Assembly (NCBI GenBank): GCA_034436515.1
Contig: DAOTVL010000005.1
Location: forward strand, 18,500-82,499
Length of the DNA: 64,000 nt
Source of the DNA: Anaerolineales bacterium
GTDB taxonomy: Bacteria > Chloroflexota > Anaerolineae > Anaerolineales > Villigracilaceae
Reading direction: 5' to 3'
The notes under the pieces are model-generated. The model was not told the origin of the DNA. It saw only the letters and a list, made by a program, of their open reading frames with translations, and did no database searches. Shown one piece after another: positions 36,161 through 45,322 of this stretch. The position numbers were made by a program, and so were the translations under genes. Position 1 is the first letter of the stretch, and every line of letters starts with the position of its first letter.

Positions 36161-36245
36161 GTCGTTGCGAGGCGGGAGATTCTCCCGCCGAATCAATCTC
36201 CAATTGAAAAAGGGGATTGATTCGGACTCGCGTCCTCGCAACGAC
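36161..36245. repeat. Compound palindromic element, copy 2 (between convergent genes)
   Basis: Outer 12-bp perfect arms GTCGTTGCGAGG / CCTCGCAACGAC. Inner hairpins are CGGGAG-att-CTCCCG and GAATCAATC-16 nt-GATTGATTC. It begins 6 nt after TAA 36153-36155. Confidence 0.75.
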
Positions 36246-36252
36246 GGGAAGT

Positions 36253-36444
36253 TTATCCTTCCGGCGTGACGATTGCCATGATGAGATAAACCAACAGCAT
36301 GGCGCCGTTGAAAGTGAAGAAGCCAAGCGCAAATAGCAGGCGGACGATGGTCGGGTCAATGTTGAGATAATCGCCGAGACCCGCGCACACGCCCGCAATC
36401 ATGCGGTTGGATTTGCTTCGGTAAAGAGTTTTAACGTCGCTCAT
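36253..36444 (-). CDS. PspC domain-containing small membrane protein
   Basis: 63 aa from ATG 36444. Typical LYRSkSNRMIAGVCAGLGDYLNIDPTIVRLLF motif, then a TM helix. Confidence 0.75.
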   Translation of the reverse strand: MSDVKTLYRSKSNRMIAGVCAGLGDYLNIDPTIVRLLFALGFFTFNGAMLLVYLIMAIVTPEG

Positions 36445-36577
36445 TGAATCTCCTTTCTTGTGTCTATTTGCTTTACGCAGCCGGGCGCAAAGAGTTGCGC
36501 TGGTAAATTGGACTTTGCGGCGGGGGACAGGTACAATACGGGCGCGTTGTTCCAATTCTCTTGCAGGAGCGCCCCCC

Positions 36578-36949
36578 TTGATTTTTCATATCGCCTCGAA
36601 AGCCGAATGGGATGAAGCCCAAATCCGCGGCGAGTATGCCGCGCCGAGTTTGCAAAGCGAAGGTTTTATTCATTGCTCCGCCGCCCGGCAGGTTTTGCGC
36701 GTGGCAAACGCCTTTTATCGCGGACGAACCGACCTGATATTGCTGCAAGTGGACGAAGCCAAACTTGTCTCTGAATTAAAATGGGAGCCGCCGGCGGGCG
36801 CGCCTGCGCCGGGGGTTTCTCCCGCCGACAAATTTCCGCATGTCTACGGTCCCATCAACCTGACGGCTGTCGCCGCCGTCTTTGATTTTCCGCCTGACCG
36901 CGCCTCCGGCGACTTCTCCCTGCCGCCGCAACTGTTCACCGATAACTGA
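36578..36949 (+). CDS. DUF952 family protein
   Basis: Family pattern is IFHIasKaEWdeA...EGFIHCS...FPHVYGPI. The start is inferred at in-frame TTG 36578. The upstream part of the ORF (from 36458) overlaps the PspC promoter region. Confidence 0.65.
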   Translation: MIFHIASKAEWDEAQIRGEYAAPSLQSEGFIHCSAARQVLRVANAFYRGRTDLILLQVDEAKLVSELKWEPPAGAPAPGVSPADKFPHVYGPINLTAVAAVFDFPPDRASGDFSLPPQLFTDN

Positions 36950-36961
36950 TTCCTATTTTTT

Positions 36962-39406
36962 ATGACCGCCTTCTTTGTCTGGTACTTCCTCGTTTCTTTT
37001 CTCGGCTGGCTGACTTTTCCGCTGGCGTTCGCTCTCTTTCCCGCGCTGGCAGATAGAGGCTACGCCCTTTCCCGCGCTGCGGGCTTGTTGATGTGGGGAT
37101 ATGTCTTTTGGCTTTTTGCCTCTCTTGGAATCGCCCAAAACGACGTCGGCGGATTGCTCTTTGCCCTCGTCGTTATCGCCGCATTGAGCGCGCTTTCCAT
37201 TTTCAAGCGTAAATCCGAAATCAAAAATTTTCTACAATCCAGCCTCCCCCTCATCCTTGCCGCCGAAATTTTATTCTTCGCCGCTTTTGCCTTCCTTGCC
37301 TTTGTCCGTTCCGCAAACCCGGAACTGAACGGAACGGAACGCCCGATGGAACTGGCTTTCATCAACGCCATTTTGCGCTCGCCGTCCTTCCCGCCGCAAG
37401 ACCCCTGGCTGTCGGGCTACGCCATCTCCTATTATTATTTCGGCTATGTCATGACGGCGATGCTTGCCCGCCTTTCGGGAGTCCCCGGCACGGCGGCGCA
37501 TAACCTGATGACCGCTCTTATCTTTGCCCTCGGCGCGGTCGGCTCGTATGGAATTCTCTATAACCTGCTCGCGGAAGCGGAGCGAAGACCAAAGACTGAA
37601 GAGGGCAAGGCTGTCCATCCTCTATCGCCCGCCGTCTACGGTCTGTTTGCCCCCCTCTTCCTCCTTCTCGTTTCCAATTTTGAAGCCTTGCTTGAAGTGT
37701 TGCATCGTCTCGGCTTTTTTTGGACAAAGAATGCGGACGGGCAATACGCCAGCGTTTTTTGGAAATGGCTGGACATGAAAGAGTTATCCCTTCCGCCGAC
37801 CGAGCCGTTCCAGTTTATGCCCGACCGCTATCTGTGGTGGTGGCGCGCTTCGCGTGTGATTCAAGACTACGATATGCAGGGCAACCACCTCGAAGTCATT
37901 GACGAATTTCCCTTCTTCTCCTTTCTGCTTGGCGACCTGCATCCGCACGTGCTGGCGATACCTTTTGGTTTGCTCGCCGCCGCCTCCGCCCTGCATCTGT
38001 TTCTCGGCGGGTGGCGCGGAGAGATTAAACTGCCGCTGGGTATGAAACTTCACATCGGCTACGCGGGCTTTTTCTTCTCCGCTGTTCTCCTCGGCGGACT
38101 CGCTTTTCTCAACACTTGGGACATCCTTGTCGCCGCCGCGCTTCTCGTCGGCGCTTACGTTTTCTGGCGCGCCCGCGAACAGGGCTGGAACTGGGAACGG
38201 CTCGAAGACCTTTTTCTGCTCGGCTTGCCGCTCGGCTTTTTTTCCATCTTATTGTATTTCCCTTTCTATTTGGGGTTTTCTTCGCAAGCCGGCGGTCTTT
38301 TGCCCAACCTGATGTACGTTACGCGTGGCGCCCACCTTTGGGTGATGTGGGGAACCCTGCTCGTTCCCATCTTTGCCTATCTTATCCGCGCCTGGAAACT
38401 CGCGGAAACCCCAAACTGGAAACTGGCTTTCCTGCTTGGGCTTGGATTCGTCGTTCTGCTGTGGGCGTTTTCCTGGCTTCTTGGCTGGATTGCCTCCATT
38501 GTTGACCCTGGCTTCGTCCAAACCTTCCTCCAATCTCAAGGCATGACCGCCTCTCAATTCTTCGCCGCCGCATCTCTGCGCAGACTCGCGCGCCTCGCCA
38601 GCCTTATCACCTTGCTGGCGGTTCTCATTCCCGCTTTTGCCTGTCTCTTTCCCAAATCGCCCAGTCCCCATTCCCAATTGCCGACCGCGCATCAATTTGT
38701 CCTCCTCCTTTTGGCTCTTGGCGGCGTTCTTGTCCTTGCCCCTGAATTCGTCTACCTCCGCGACCAGTTTGGGTATCGCATTAACACCATCTTCAAGTTT
38801 TACTATCAAGCGTGGATGTTATGGAGCCTCGCCGCCGCCTTTGCCGTCGCCTGGCTCTTCCAAAATTTGAGACCGTTTTGGAACGCCGCCTTCCGTATTT
38901 TGACGGCGCTGGTCCTCTTTGCGGGATTGCTCTACCCCGTCCTCGGTTTGGCGACCAAGACCCAAAACTTCAACCCGCCCTTTGGTTTCACCCTCGACGA
39001 CTTCGACCGCGTGCGGCGCGAGAACCCCGACGAAGCCGCCGCCCTTGAATTCCTGCAAACCGTCCCCAACGGCGTGGTCGCCGAGGCGGTTGGCGGAAGT
39101 TATCAAAGCGAATACGCCCGCGTCGCCACCTATACCGGCTTGCAGAATGTCCTCGGCTGGCCCGGTCACGAATCTCAATGGCGCGGCGGCGCCGAGCCGC
39201 AGGGAACGCGCAGCGAAGACATCGTTACTCTTTACGTCACGCCTCATTGGGATACGGCGAAAGCCGTCATTGACCGCTACGACATCCGCTATATTTTTGT
39301 CGGTGCGACGGAATACGCCTCCATGCCCGTCAAAGAAGAAAAATTCCGCGCCCACCTCAAGATTATCTTCCAACAGGGAAGCGTTACCGTTTACGAAGCG
39401 CCTTGA
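36962..39406 (+). CDS. DUF2298 ('YYY' membrane protein, Chloroflexi/Archaea type) large polytopic protein
   Basis: 814 aa with more than 15 TM helices. Signature is AISYYYFGYVM. The C-terminal soluble domain resembles GT-C family architecture. Confidence 0.75.
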   Translation: MTAFFVWYFLVSFLGWLTFPLAFALFPALADRGYALSRAAGLLMWGYVFWLFASLGIAQNDVGGLLFALVVIAALSALSIFKRKSEIKNFLQSSLPLILAAEILFFAAFAFLAFVRSANPELNGTERPMELAFINAILRSPSFPPQDPWLSGYAISYYYFGYVMTAMLARLSGVPGTAAHNLMTALIFALGAVGSYGILYNLLAEAERRPKTEEGKAVHPLSPAVYGLFAPLFLLLVSNFEALLEVLHRLGFFWTKNADGQYASVFWKWLDMKELSLPPTEPFQFMPDRYLWWWRASRVIQDYDMQGNHLEVIDEFPFFSFLLGDLHPHVLAIPFGLLAAASALHLFLGGWRGEIKLPLGMKLHIGYAGFFFSAVLLGGLAFLNTWDILVAAALLVGAYVFWRAREQGWNWERLEDLFLLGLPLGFFSILLYFPFYLGFSSQAGGLLPNLMYVTRGAHLWVMWGTLLVPIFAYLIRAWKLAETPNWKLAFLLGLGFVVLLWAFSWLLGWIASIVDPGFVQTFLQSQGMTASQFFAAASLRRLARLASLITLLAVLIPAFACLFPKSPSPHSQLPTAHQFVLLLLALGGVLVLAPEFVYLRDQFGYRINTIFKFYYQAWMLWSLAAAFAVAWLFQNLRPFWNAAFRILTALVLFAGLLYPVLGLATKTQNFNPPFGFTLDDFDRVRRENPDEAAALEFLQTVPNGVVAEAVGGSYQSEYARVATYTGLQNVLGWPGHESQWRGGAEPQGTRSEDIVTLYVTPHWDTAKAVIDRYDIRYIFVGATEYASMPVKEEKFRAHLKIIFQQGSVTVYEAP

Positions 39407-39474
39407 TAATCCAAAGATATTTGAGGTTTCCAAAACCCCGGTCTTGAACCTGTTAACCGATTACAATTACGCCC

Positions 39475-41145
39475 ATGAATTACCGACATTTCAAACACGA
39501 GGGCTGGCTCTACGGGCTGGCGTTTGTTCTCGCTCTCCTCCTGCGTTTTACCCAACTCGGCGTCATGCCCCTCACCGACGCCGAAGCCGCGCCCGCCTTG
39601 CAAGCGCTCCAAATTTCGCAGGGGCTAAAGACCTCCCTCGCCCCGCATCCTTTCTATATCCTCTCCACTGCCGTTCTTTTTTTCACCTACGGCGGCGGCG
39701 CGGATTTCCTAGCCCGCTTCGTCCCAGCCCTGGCGGGAAGCCTGTTTGTCCTTGTTCCCTCTTTTTTTGCCGACTGGCTCAAGCCCCGCGCTGCGGTGGT
39801 CCTTGCGTTCTTCCTCGCCCTCGACCCGGGGCTGGTTGCCCTCTCGCGGCAGGTTGCCAGTCCCATCCTTGCCATCGTCTTCCCGTTTGCCGCGCTTGGT
39901 TTTTACCTTCGCGGCAAAACCGCCCTTGCCGCCGTCTTTGCCGCCTTTGCCCTCCTCAGCGGACCTTCCATCTGGGGCGGGCTGCTCGTTTTCGTCATGG
40001 TCTGGGTCGCCCTGCGCCTGCTTCGCTTCAACCGCCCTCAACTTTCAACCTTCAACCCTCAACCCTTTCTTCTTCCCTTTCTTGCCGCTTTTCTGCTTGC
40101 CGGTTCCCTCTTCTTTCTTGTCCCCAGCGGATTAAGCGCCGCGCTTGCGTCAATTCCCGCTTTTGTTCAAAGTTGGCTGGGCGCTTCCTCCATCTCCGCC
40201 GGCAGGCTTCTCTTTTCTCTCTTGATTTATCAACCGCTTGGCGTTTTGCTTGCCGTTCTCGCCGTTTTTCGCGGCTGGAAGAACGGCAGCCGCCGCATCC
40301 TCCCGCTTGGCGTTTGGTTTCTTGCAGCCCTGCTTCTTGCGATTGTCAACCCTTCCCGCCGCATTGAAGACCTTGCCTGGGCGTTGATTCCCCTTTGGGC
40401 GCTGGCGGCTCTCGAACTCATCCGCAGCCTCGACATTTTCCCTGAAGAACGCCGCGCCACGATAGGGGCGGTTTTTCTCACCGTCTTTATCTGGACTTTT
40501 GCCTGGCTTGATTTTGCCGGCTTGGCGATTTTGCCCGTCAATTCCCGCGAATACCTTTTGCGCCTCTGGCTTTTATTTGGGTCTCTTTTCCTCTTAATCA
40601 TGAGCCTTGTTTTAGCGGCGGCGGGCTGGTCTATCCGCGTTGCGCGTTTGGGTTGTATTTGGGGACTCGTCCTGGCGTTGACGCCCCTCGGCGTTGGCGG
40701 CGCGGTTGGCGCGGCAGGTTTGCGGGGAGCGAATTTTCCCGAATTGTGGTGGCTGCCCGACCAGCCCGTCCACGCCCGATTGCTTGAAGCGACCGTCAGC
40801 GACGTTTCCGAGTGGGGCTTGGGCGACGACCATGCTGCGGCTGTGACCATCGCCGGCCTGGATTCCCCCGCTCTTGAGTGGCTTCTGCGCGAAAGACCCG
40901 TTTCTGTCGTTCAATCCCTCGATAGCGCCAGCGCTCCCGAAATTGTGATAACGCCGCTTCAAGACGACCCCGCCCTTTCTTTCGCCTATCGCGGACAAGA
41001 CTTTGCCTGGCGGCAGACCCCTTTGTGGGACGTTACTGTGCCTGCGGACTGGGCGCGTTGGACCGTCCTGCGTCAGATGCCAGCCAGCGGCGAAACCATT
41101 ATTCTTTGGGTGCGCGACGACCTCTTCATTAATTCTCCGCGCTGA
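39475..41145 (+). CDS. Polytopic membrane protein, GT-C/ArnT-PMT-like glycosyltransferase candidate
   Basis: 556 aa. The first loop carries an acidic motif (PLTDAEAAP). There are about 12 TM helices and a C-terminal extracytoplasmic domain. The functional call is inference. Confidence 0.55.
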   Translation: MNYRHFKHEGWLYGLAFVLALLLRFTQLGVMPLTDAEAAPALQALQISQGLKTSLAPHPFYILSTAVLFFTYGGGADFLARFVPALAGSLFVLVPSFFADWLKPRAAVVLAFFLALDPGLVALSRQVASPILAIVFPFAALGFYLRGKTALAAVFAAFALLSGPSIWGGLLVFVMVWVALRLLRFNRPQLSTFNPQPFLLPFLAAFLLAGSLFFLVPSGLSAALASIPAFVQSWLGASSISAGRLLFSLLIYQPLGVLLAVLAVFRGWKNGSRRILPLGVWFLAALLLAIVNPSRRIEDLAWALIPLWALAALELIRSLDIFPEERRATIGAVFLTVFIWTFAWLDFAGLAILPVNSREYLLRLWLLFGSLFLLIMSLVLAAAGWSIRVARLGCIWGLVLALTPLGVGGAVGAAGLRGANFPELWWLPDQPVHARLLEATVSDVSEWGLGDDHAAAVTIAGLDSPALEWLLRERPVSVVQSLDSASAPEIVITPLQDDPALSFAYRGQDFAWRQTPLWDVTVPADWARWTVLRQMPASGETIILWVRDDLFINSPR

Positions 41146-41177
41146 ACCGTATTTGCAGCGCAATTCATCAACTCGAT

Positions 41178-41861
41178 ATGACAAACAAAACTCCTCCTTC
41201 CATCATCGCCCTCGACGGTCCCGCCGCCTCGGGGAAATCCACCCTTGGGCGAACCCTTGCCGACGCGTTGGGGTATCTTTTCTTCGACACGGGCGTCATG
41301 TACCGCGCAGTCGCCTGGATGGCTCTTCAGCGCGACATGAATTTACAGGATGAAGCCGCCATCACCGAGCTTGCGGAGAAAGCGCAGATAGACATTCGCC
41401 CGCCTTCCAAGCCCGACGGACGCTCCTGCGACGTGACGCTGGGCGGAAGAGACGTCACTTGGGATATGCGGAACGCCGAAGTGGACGCAAACGTCTCCGT
41501 AATTTCCGCTTACGCCGGCGTGCGTAAAGCGTTATCAGCCCAGCAGCGCCGCATTGGACTGCGCGGCAAGGTGGTTATGGTAGGGCGCGATATTGGCACC
41601 GTGGTGCTGCCCGAAGCCGACCTCAAAATCTACCTGGACGCCAGCCCTCAGGAGCGCGCCCGGCGCCGCTACGACGAACTGATTGCGCGCGGCGAAAAAG
41701 CCGACTACGAAGATATTTTGAAAAGAGTCGTCGAGCGTGACCGAATCGATTCCACCCGCGCCGTCGCCCCGCTGCGTCCGGCCCCCGACGCTGTCGTCAT
41801 TAATTCGGACGAACTCACCGCCGAACAAGTGTTCGACCGCGTCATCGCGTTGTGTAAATAA
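41178..41861 (+). CDS. cmk: (d)CMP kinase
   Basis: IIALDGPAASGKSTLGRTLADALGYLFFDTGVMYRAV; size and motifs are typical. Confidence 0.9.
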   Translation: MTNKTPPSIIALDGPAASGKSTLGRTLADALGYLFFDTGVMYRAVAWMALQRDMNLQDEAAITELAEKAQIDIRPPSKPDGRSCDVTLGGRDVTWDMRNAEVDANVSVISAYAGVRKALSAQQRRIGLRGKVVMVGRDIGTVVLPEADLKIYLDASPQERARRRYDELIARGEKADYEDILKRVVERDRIDSTRAVAPLRPAPDAVVINSDELTAEQVFDRVIALCK

Positions 41862-41944
41862 ACGACGTTCCCGCCCTCGGTAAAACGACCTTCCCATACA
41901 CTTTTGTAATTCCGTTCACATGAATTGCGGCTATAATTTGGGGG

Positions 41945-44900
41945 ATGAGTTTTCTCTTTACGCTCCTGTCGAGCATCGCCTTTCCGGCGACGCCCACCCC
42001 TGCGGGCTGGGTTGTATGGTTATCCATGCTGGGAGCGTTATTTTACGCGCTCTTTCGTTGGAAAACGTATCAGCCCGCGTGGACGGGACGCATGTGGGGG
42101 CTTTTTCTCGTTTTCTTCGTTTTGACTCCGCTAACCAGCCTGTTTATCGGCGTTAGGCTCGCCTCTCTTTCCGCTCGCCCTTTGCCGGGGCTGCCCGCCG
42201 ATGCGCCGGGTTCGGCTTTGATGGTTTTTTCCGCCATCCCCTGGCTCTTGGGAGGGGGGCTGCTTGGACCTGTGGGCGCGGCGGCGCTGGGCGCGTTTGC
42301 CGGGCTGCTTCGCGGCGCGTGGGATACCTATTCCCTGTTTTCCGTTATCGAACTTGCGGTTCTTGGGGCGTGGTTTTCCGTCAACACCCGCCAGCGGTTT
42401 CGCACGAAAGCCTACGCCTTCCTGCGCCAGCCTTTCCTCAGCGCCTTGCTGCTTATTCCCTTCCATGTCTTGTTCTATGTCCTCAGTTCTCTCTTTACCC
42501 AATGGGGGGTGGACGCTTCCGCGCCTGTCACTGCCCGCCTCGATTTTGCCATCAGCAACGCCGGCGTTATCCTTCTCGCTTTTGGCGGCGAAGCGCTGAT
42601 TGGCGGCGTCGCGGCTCAAATTATTGCGACAGCCTTCCCCGCCGCTTGGGGCGGCAAGCAGGCGCTGGTCCCCTCTCCCGGCGAGAGAAGCCTCGAGTCG
42701 CGTTTTCTCTTCGGCGTAGGGACTTTTATTTCTCTCTTGCTGCTTACCCTGTTGATTGGCGACTGGATTGTGGCGGGGCAGGCGGCGCGCGATATGCTGC
42801 AAGACCGCCTTTCCAGCGCCAGCGAATCCGCCGCTCAAAGCGTCCCCTTCTTTCTTGAAACGGGACAAAACCTTGCCGTGCAGCTGGCGTCCGACCCGCG
42901 TTTGCTGACCGCCACCGGCGATGAATTGAAATCCATTATCGGTTTGCGCATCCAAGCCGTTCCCTACTTCGACCAGTTTTTCGTTTTGGAAGCGAAGGAC
43001 GACCACGCCCTGATTGCCGGCTACCCTGATTCCGCCGTCGCCAGATTCCATCTATATCCCGATGAAGCCTCCGGCGTTTTGCTTGCCGCCAGCGGCGTTT
43101 TGACCCAAATTTATTCCATTCCGCCCGCCTCTGTAGACGACTCCTCCCGCGTTTCCTTCCTCGTCGCTATTGTAGATAGCGAGGGGCAAGTGCGCCGAAT
43201 CCTCATTGGACGCACTACCCTCGAAACCAACCCCCTTGCCCTGCCCCTTGTCGAAAGCATTAACAATATGCGCGACCTCGGCGGCGACGGTTTTCTGTTG
43301 GACGAAAATGGGCGCATCATTTATCACTCCGATAAAACCCAGCTGCTAACCGCCTACGCCGACCAGCGCGGAGAAAAGCCGCAGTTATACGACAGCACCG
43401 CTCCCGACGGCACGCGCCAACTGGTGTATTACCAGCCGGTGATTGGACGTCCGTGGGCGGTGGTTTTGACCGTCCCCGCCCAGAAGGCGCAGCAACTCGC
43501 CCTCAATATCGCCATGCCGCTTTCGCTGATGATTATTTTCCTGGCTGTCGTCGCGATGGTCTCCCTGCGCGTCGGCTTGCGCGTGGTGACGGGGTCTTTA
43601 CAAAATCTTGCCGCCGAAGCCAACCGCATCGCCCAGGGCAGCCTCGACCACCCGCTTCAGGTGGACGGCGTGGATGAAGTCGGTCAACTGCGCCGCGCCT
43701 TCGAGCAGATGCGCGCCAGTTTACAGGCGAGATTGAATGAAATCAACAGCCTGTTGCAGGTCAGTCAGGGCGTCGCTTCCAGCCTTGAGATGCAGGATAC
43801 GGTCAAGCCCGTTTTGGAAGCCATCCTTTCGACGGGGGCTGGGTCGGTGAGCGTGTCTCTTTCTCCCAGCATCCTGCCCGATACCTTTATCGAATTGCCT
43901 TCGCGTTTTGCGCTGGGTGGCGACCGCTACGCCCATCTTGACGACCAGATTTTGACGCTGGCGCAAAACCATGAAAAACTGGTTATCCCGAACCTTAATC
44001 GTTCGCGCGAACTGCTGCTCGACCCTTCTTTGGCGAATCCTCAGGCTTTACTGGCGGTCGCCTTGCGCCGCGAAAATCGTTATTACGGCGTGGTCTGGGC
44101 GGGCTATGAGCAGCCGCGCATGTTCTCCGATTCGGACGTGCGCTTTATCACGACGCTGGCAGGACAAGCGGCGCTCGCGGTCGCCAACGCTCACCTCTAT
44201 TTAAACGCCGAAGCCTCCCGCCGTCAGTTGGAAGCCGTTCTCAATTCCACGCCAGACCCGGTGCTTGTCACCGACCACCGCAACAGAATTTTGCTCGCCA
44301 ACCGCGCCGCTTCCGCCGCCATCGGTCAGGATGCGGACAAAAGCGCCGGCATGGAAACTGAAAAGGTGGTCAAACTCAAGCCGCTGCTCGCGTTGCTGCA
44401 GGGCGCGGGAGAACACCAATCCGCCGAAATCATCCTCGCGGATAAACGCACTTATCTCGCCACCGCCTCTTCGGTCACGGTGGAAAATCGTCAAATTGGG
44501 CGTGTGTGTATTATGCGCGACGTCACCCACTTTAAAGAGCTTGACGCTATGAAATCGGAATTTGTGGCGACCGTCAGCCACGACCTGCGTTCTCCCCTGA
44601 CCTTGATGCGCGGCTACGCCACCATGCTTGAAATGGTGGGCGAATTAAACGAGCAGCAGCAGGGATACGTCAAGAAGATTATTTCCGGCGTTGAAAATAT
44701 GTCGCGCCTGGTCAATAACCTTCTTGATTTGGGGCGCATTGACTTGGGCGTGGGTCTCCAGGTTGAACAAGTCACCGTGTTGGACATCATTGAGCGCGTA
44801 ACCAGCGCCTTGCAATTGCAGGCAAATCAAAAAAATATCCTCTTGAGCGTGGAACTCGCCAAAGATATGCCCCACGCCGTGGAAGCCGACCAGGCGTTGC

Positions 44901-45247
44901 TGCATCAGGCGGTCTATAATTTAGTGGAAAACGCCATCAAATACACGCCTCAAAACGGACGCGTGACCATTCGCACGGCTTCCAAGCCCAACGGTCTTGT
45001 CTTTTCCATTGAAGATACGGGCATCGGTATTCCCGTCGAAGACCAGCCCCGCTTGTTTGAAAAATTCTATCGCGGCAAGCAGCGCGAAGCCCGCGCCCAA
45101 TATGGCTCGGGATTGGGGCTTGCCATTGTTCATTCTATTGCGGAAAGCCACGGGGGACGGGTATGGGTGGAAAGCGTTGTGGGAAAGGGCAGCGTTTTTC
45201 ATTTGCAGATTCCCCTTGCGCAGCCGAGAGAAACCAGAGGCGGTTAG
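41945..45247 (+). CDS. Large multi-domain sensor histidine kinase (polytopic N-region, extracytoplasmic sensor, HAMP, GAF, PAS, HisKA, HATPase)
   Basis: H-box is SHDLRSPL. N box is NLVENAIKYT. G boxes are DTGIGIP and GSGLGLAI. Multiple N-terminal TM helices are present. Confidence 0.85.
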   Translation: MSFLFTLLSSIAFPATPTPAGWVVWLSMLGALFYALFRWKTYQPAWTGRMWGLFLVFFVLTPLTSLFIGVRLASLSARPLPGLPADAPGSALMVFSAIPWLLGGGLLGPVGAAALGAFAGLLRGAWDTYSLFSVIELAVLGAWFSVNTRQRFRTKAYAFLRQPFLSALLLIPFHVLFYVLSSLFTQWGVDASAPVTARLDFAISNAGVILLAFGGEALIGGVAAQIIATAFPAAWGGKQALVPSPGERSLESRFLFGVGTFISLLLLTLLIGDWIVAGQAARDMLQDRLSSASESAAQSVPFFLETGQNLAVQLASDPRLLTATGDELKSIIGLRIQAVPYFDQFFVLEAKDDHALIAGYPDSAVARFHLYPDEASGVLLAASGVLTQIYSIPPASVDDSSRVSFLVAIVDSEGQVRRILIGRTTLETNPLALPLVESINNMRDLGGDGFLLDENGRIIYHSDKTQLLTAYADQRGEKPQLYDSTAPDGTRQLVYYQPVIGRPWAVVLTVPAQKAQQLALNIAMPLSLMIIFLAVVAMVSLRVGLRVVTGSLQNLAAEANRIAQGSLDHPLQVDGVDEVGQLRRAFEQMRASLQARLNEINSLLQVSQGVASSLEMQDTVKPVLEAILSTGAGSVSVSLSPSILPDTFIELPSRFALGGDRYAHLDDQILTLAQNHEKLVIPNLNRSRELLLDPSLANPQALLAVALRRENRYYGVVWAGYEQPRMFSDSDVRFITTLAGQAALAVANAHLYLNAEASRRQLEAVLNSTPDPVLVTDHRNRILLANRAASAAIGQDADKSAGMETEKVVKLKPLLALLQGAGEHQSAEIILADKRTYLATASSVTVENRQIGRVCIMRDVTHFKELDAMKSEFVATVSHDLRSPLTLMRGYATMLEMVGELNEQQQGYVKKIISGVENMSRLVNNLLDLGRIDLGVGLQVEQVTVLDIIERVTSALQLQANQKNILLSVELAKDMPHAVEADQALLHQAVYNLVENAIKYTPQNGRVTIRTASKPNGLVFSIEDTGIGIPVEDQPRLFEKFYRGKQREARAQYGSGLGLAIVHSIAESHGGRVWVESVVGKGSVFHLQIPLAQPRETRGG

Positions 45248-45322
45248 ACGGGTTTGTAATATAATCGCGCCTTATGGAGTTTTTTCTTGTAAAGGCTTAT
45301 TTCATGTTGACAACAGATTCTT

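Noticed and set aside
40027-40064. Heptamer tract (and the 12-bp x3 repeat at 47933-47968) as a mini CRISPR or other array
   Set aside because: The units are 7 or 12 bp with no spacers, both tracts lie in frame inside coding genes, and there are no cas genes.
38919-40367. 482-aa plus-strand ORF bridging the DUF2298 gene and the next membrane-protein gene
   Set aside because: It is a Pro/Arg/Ser/Cys-rich nonsense-like sequence in an alternate frame. It crosses a real stop and intergenic gap, and both overlapped genes show coherent TM-helix patterns.
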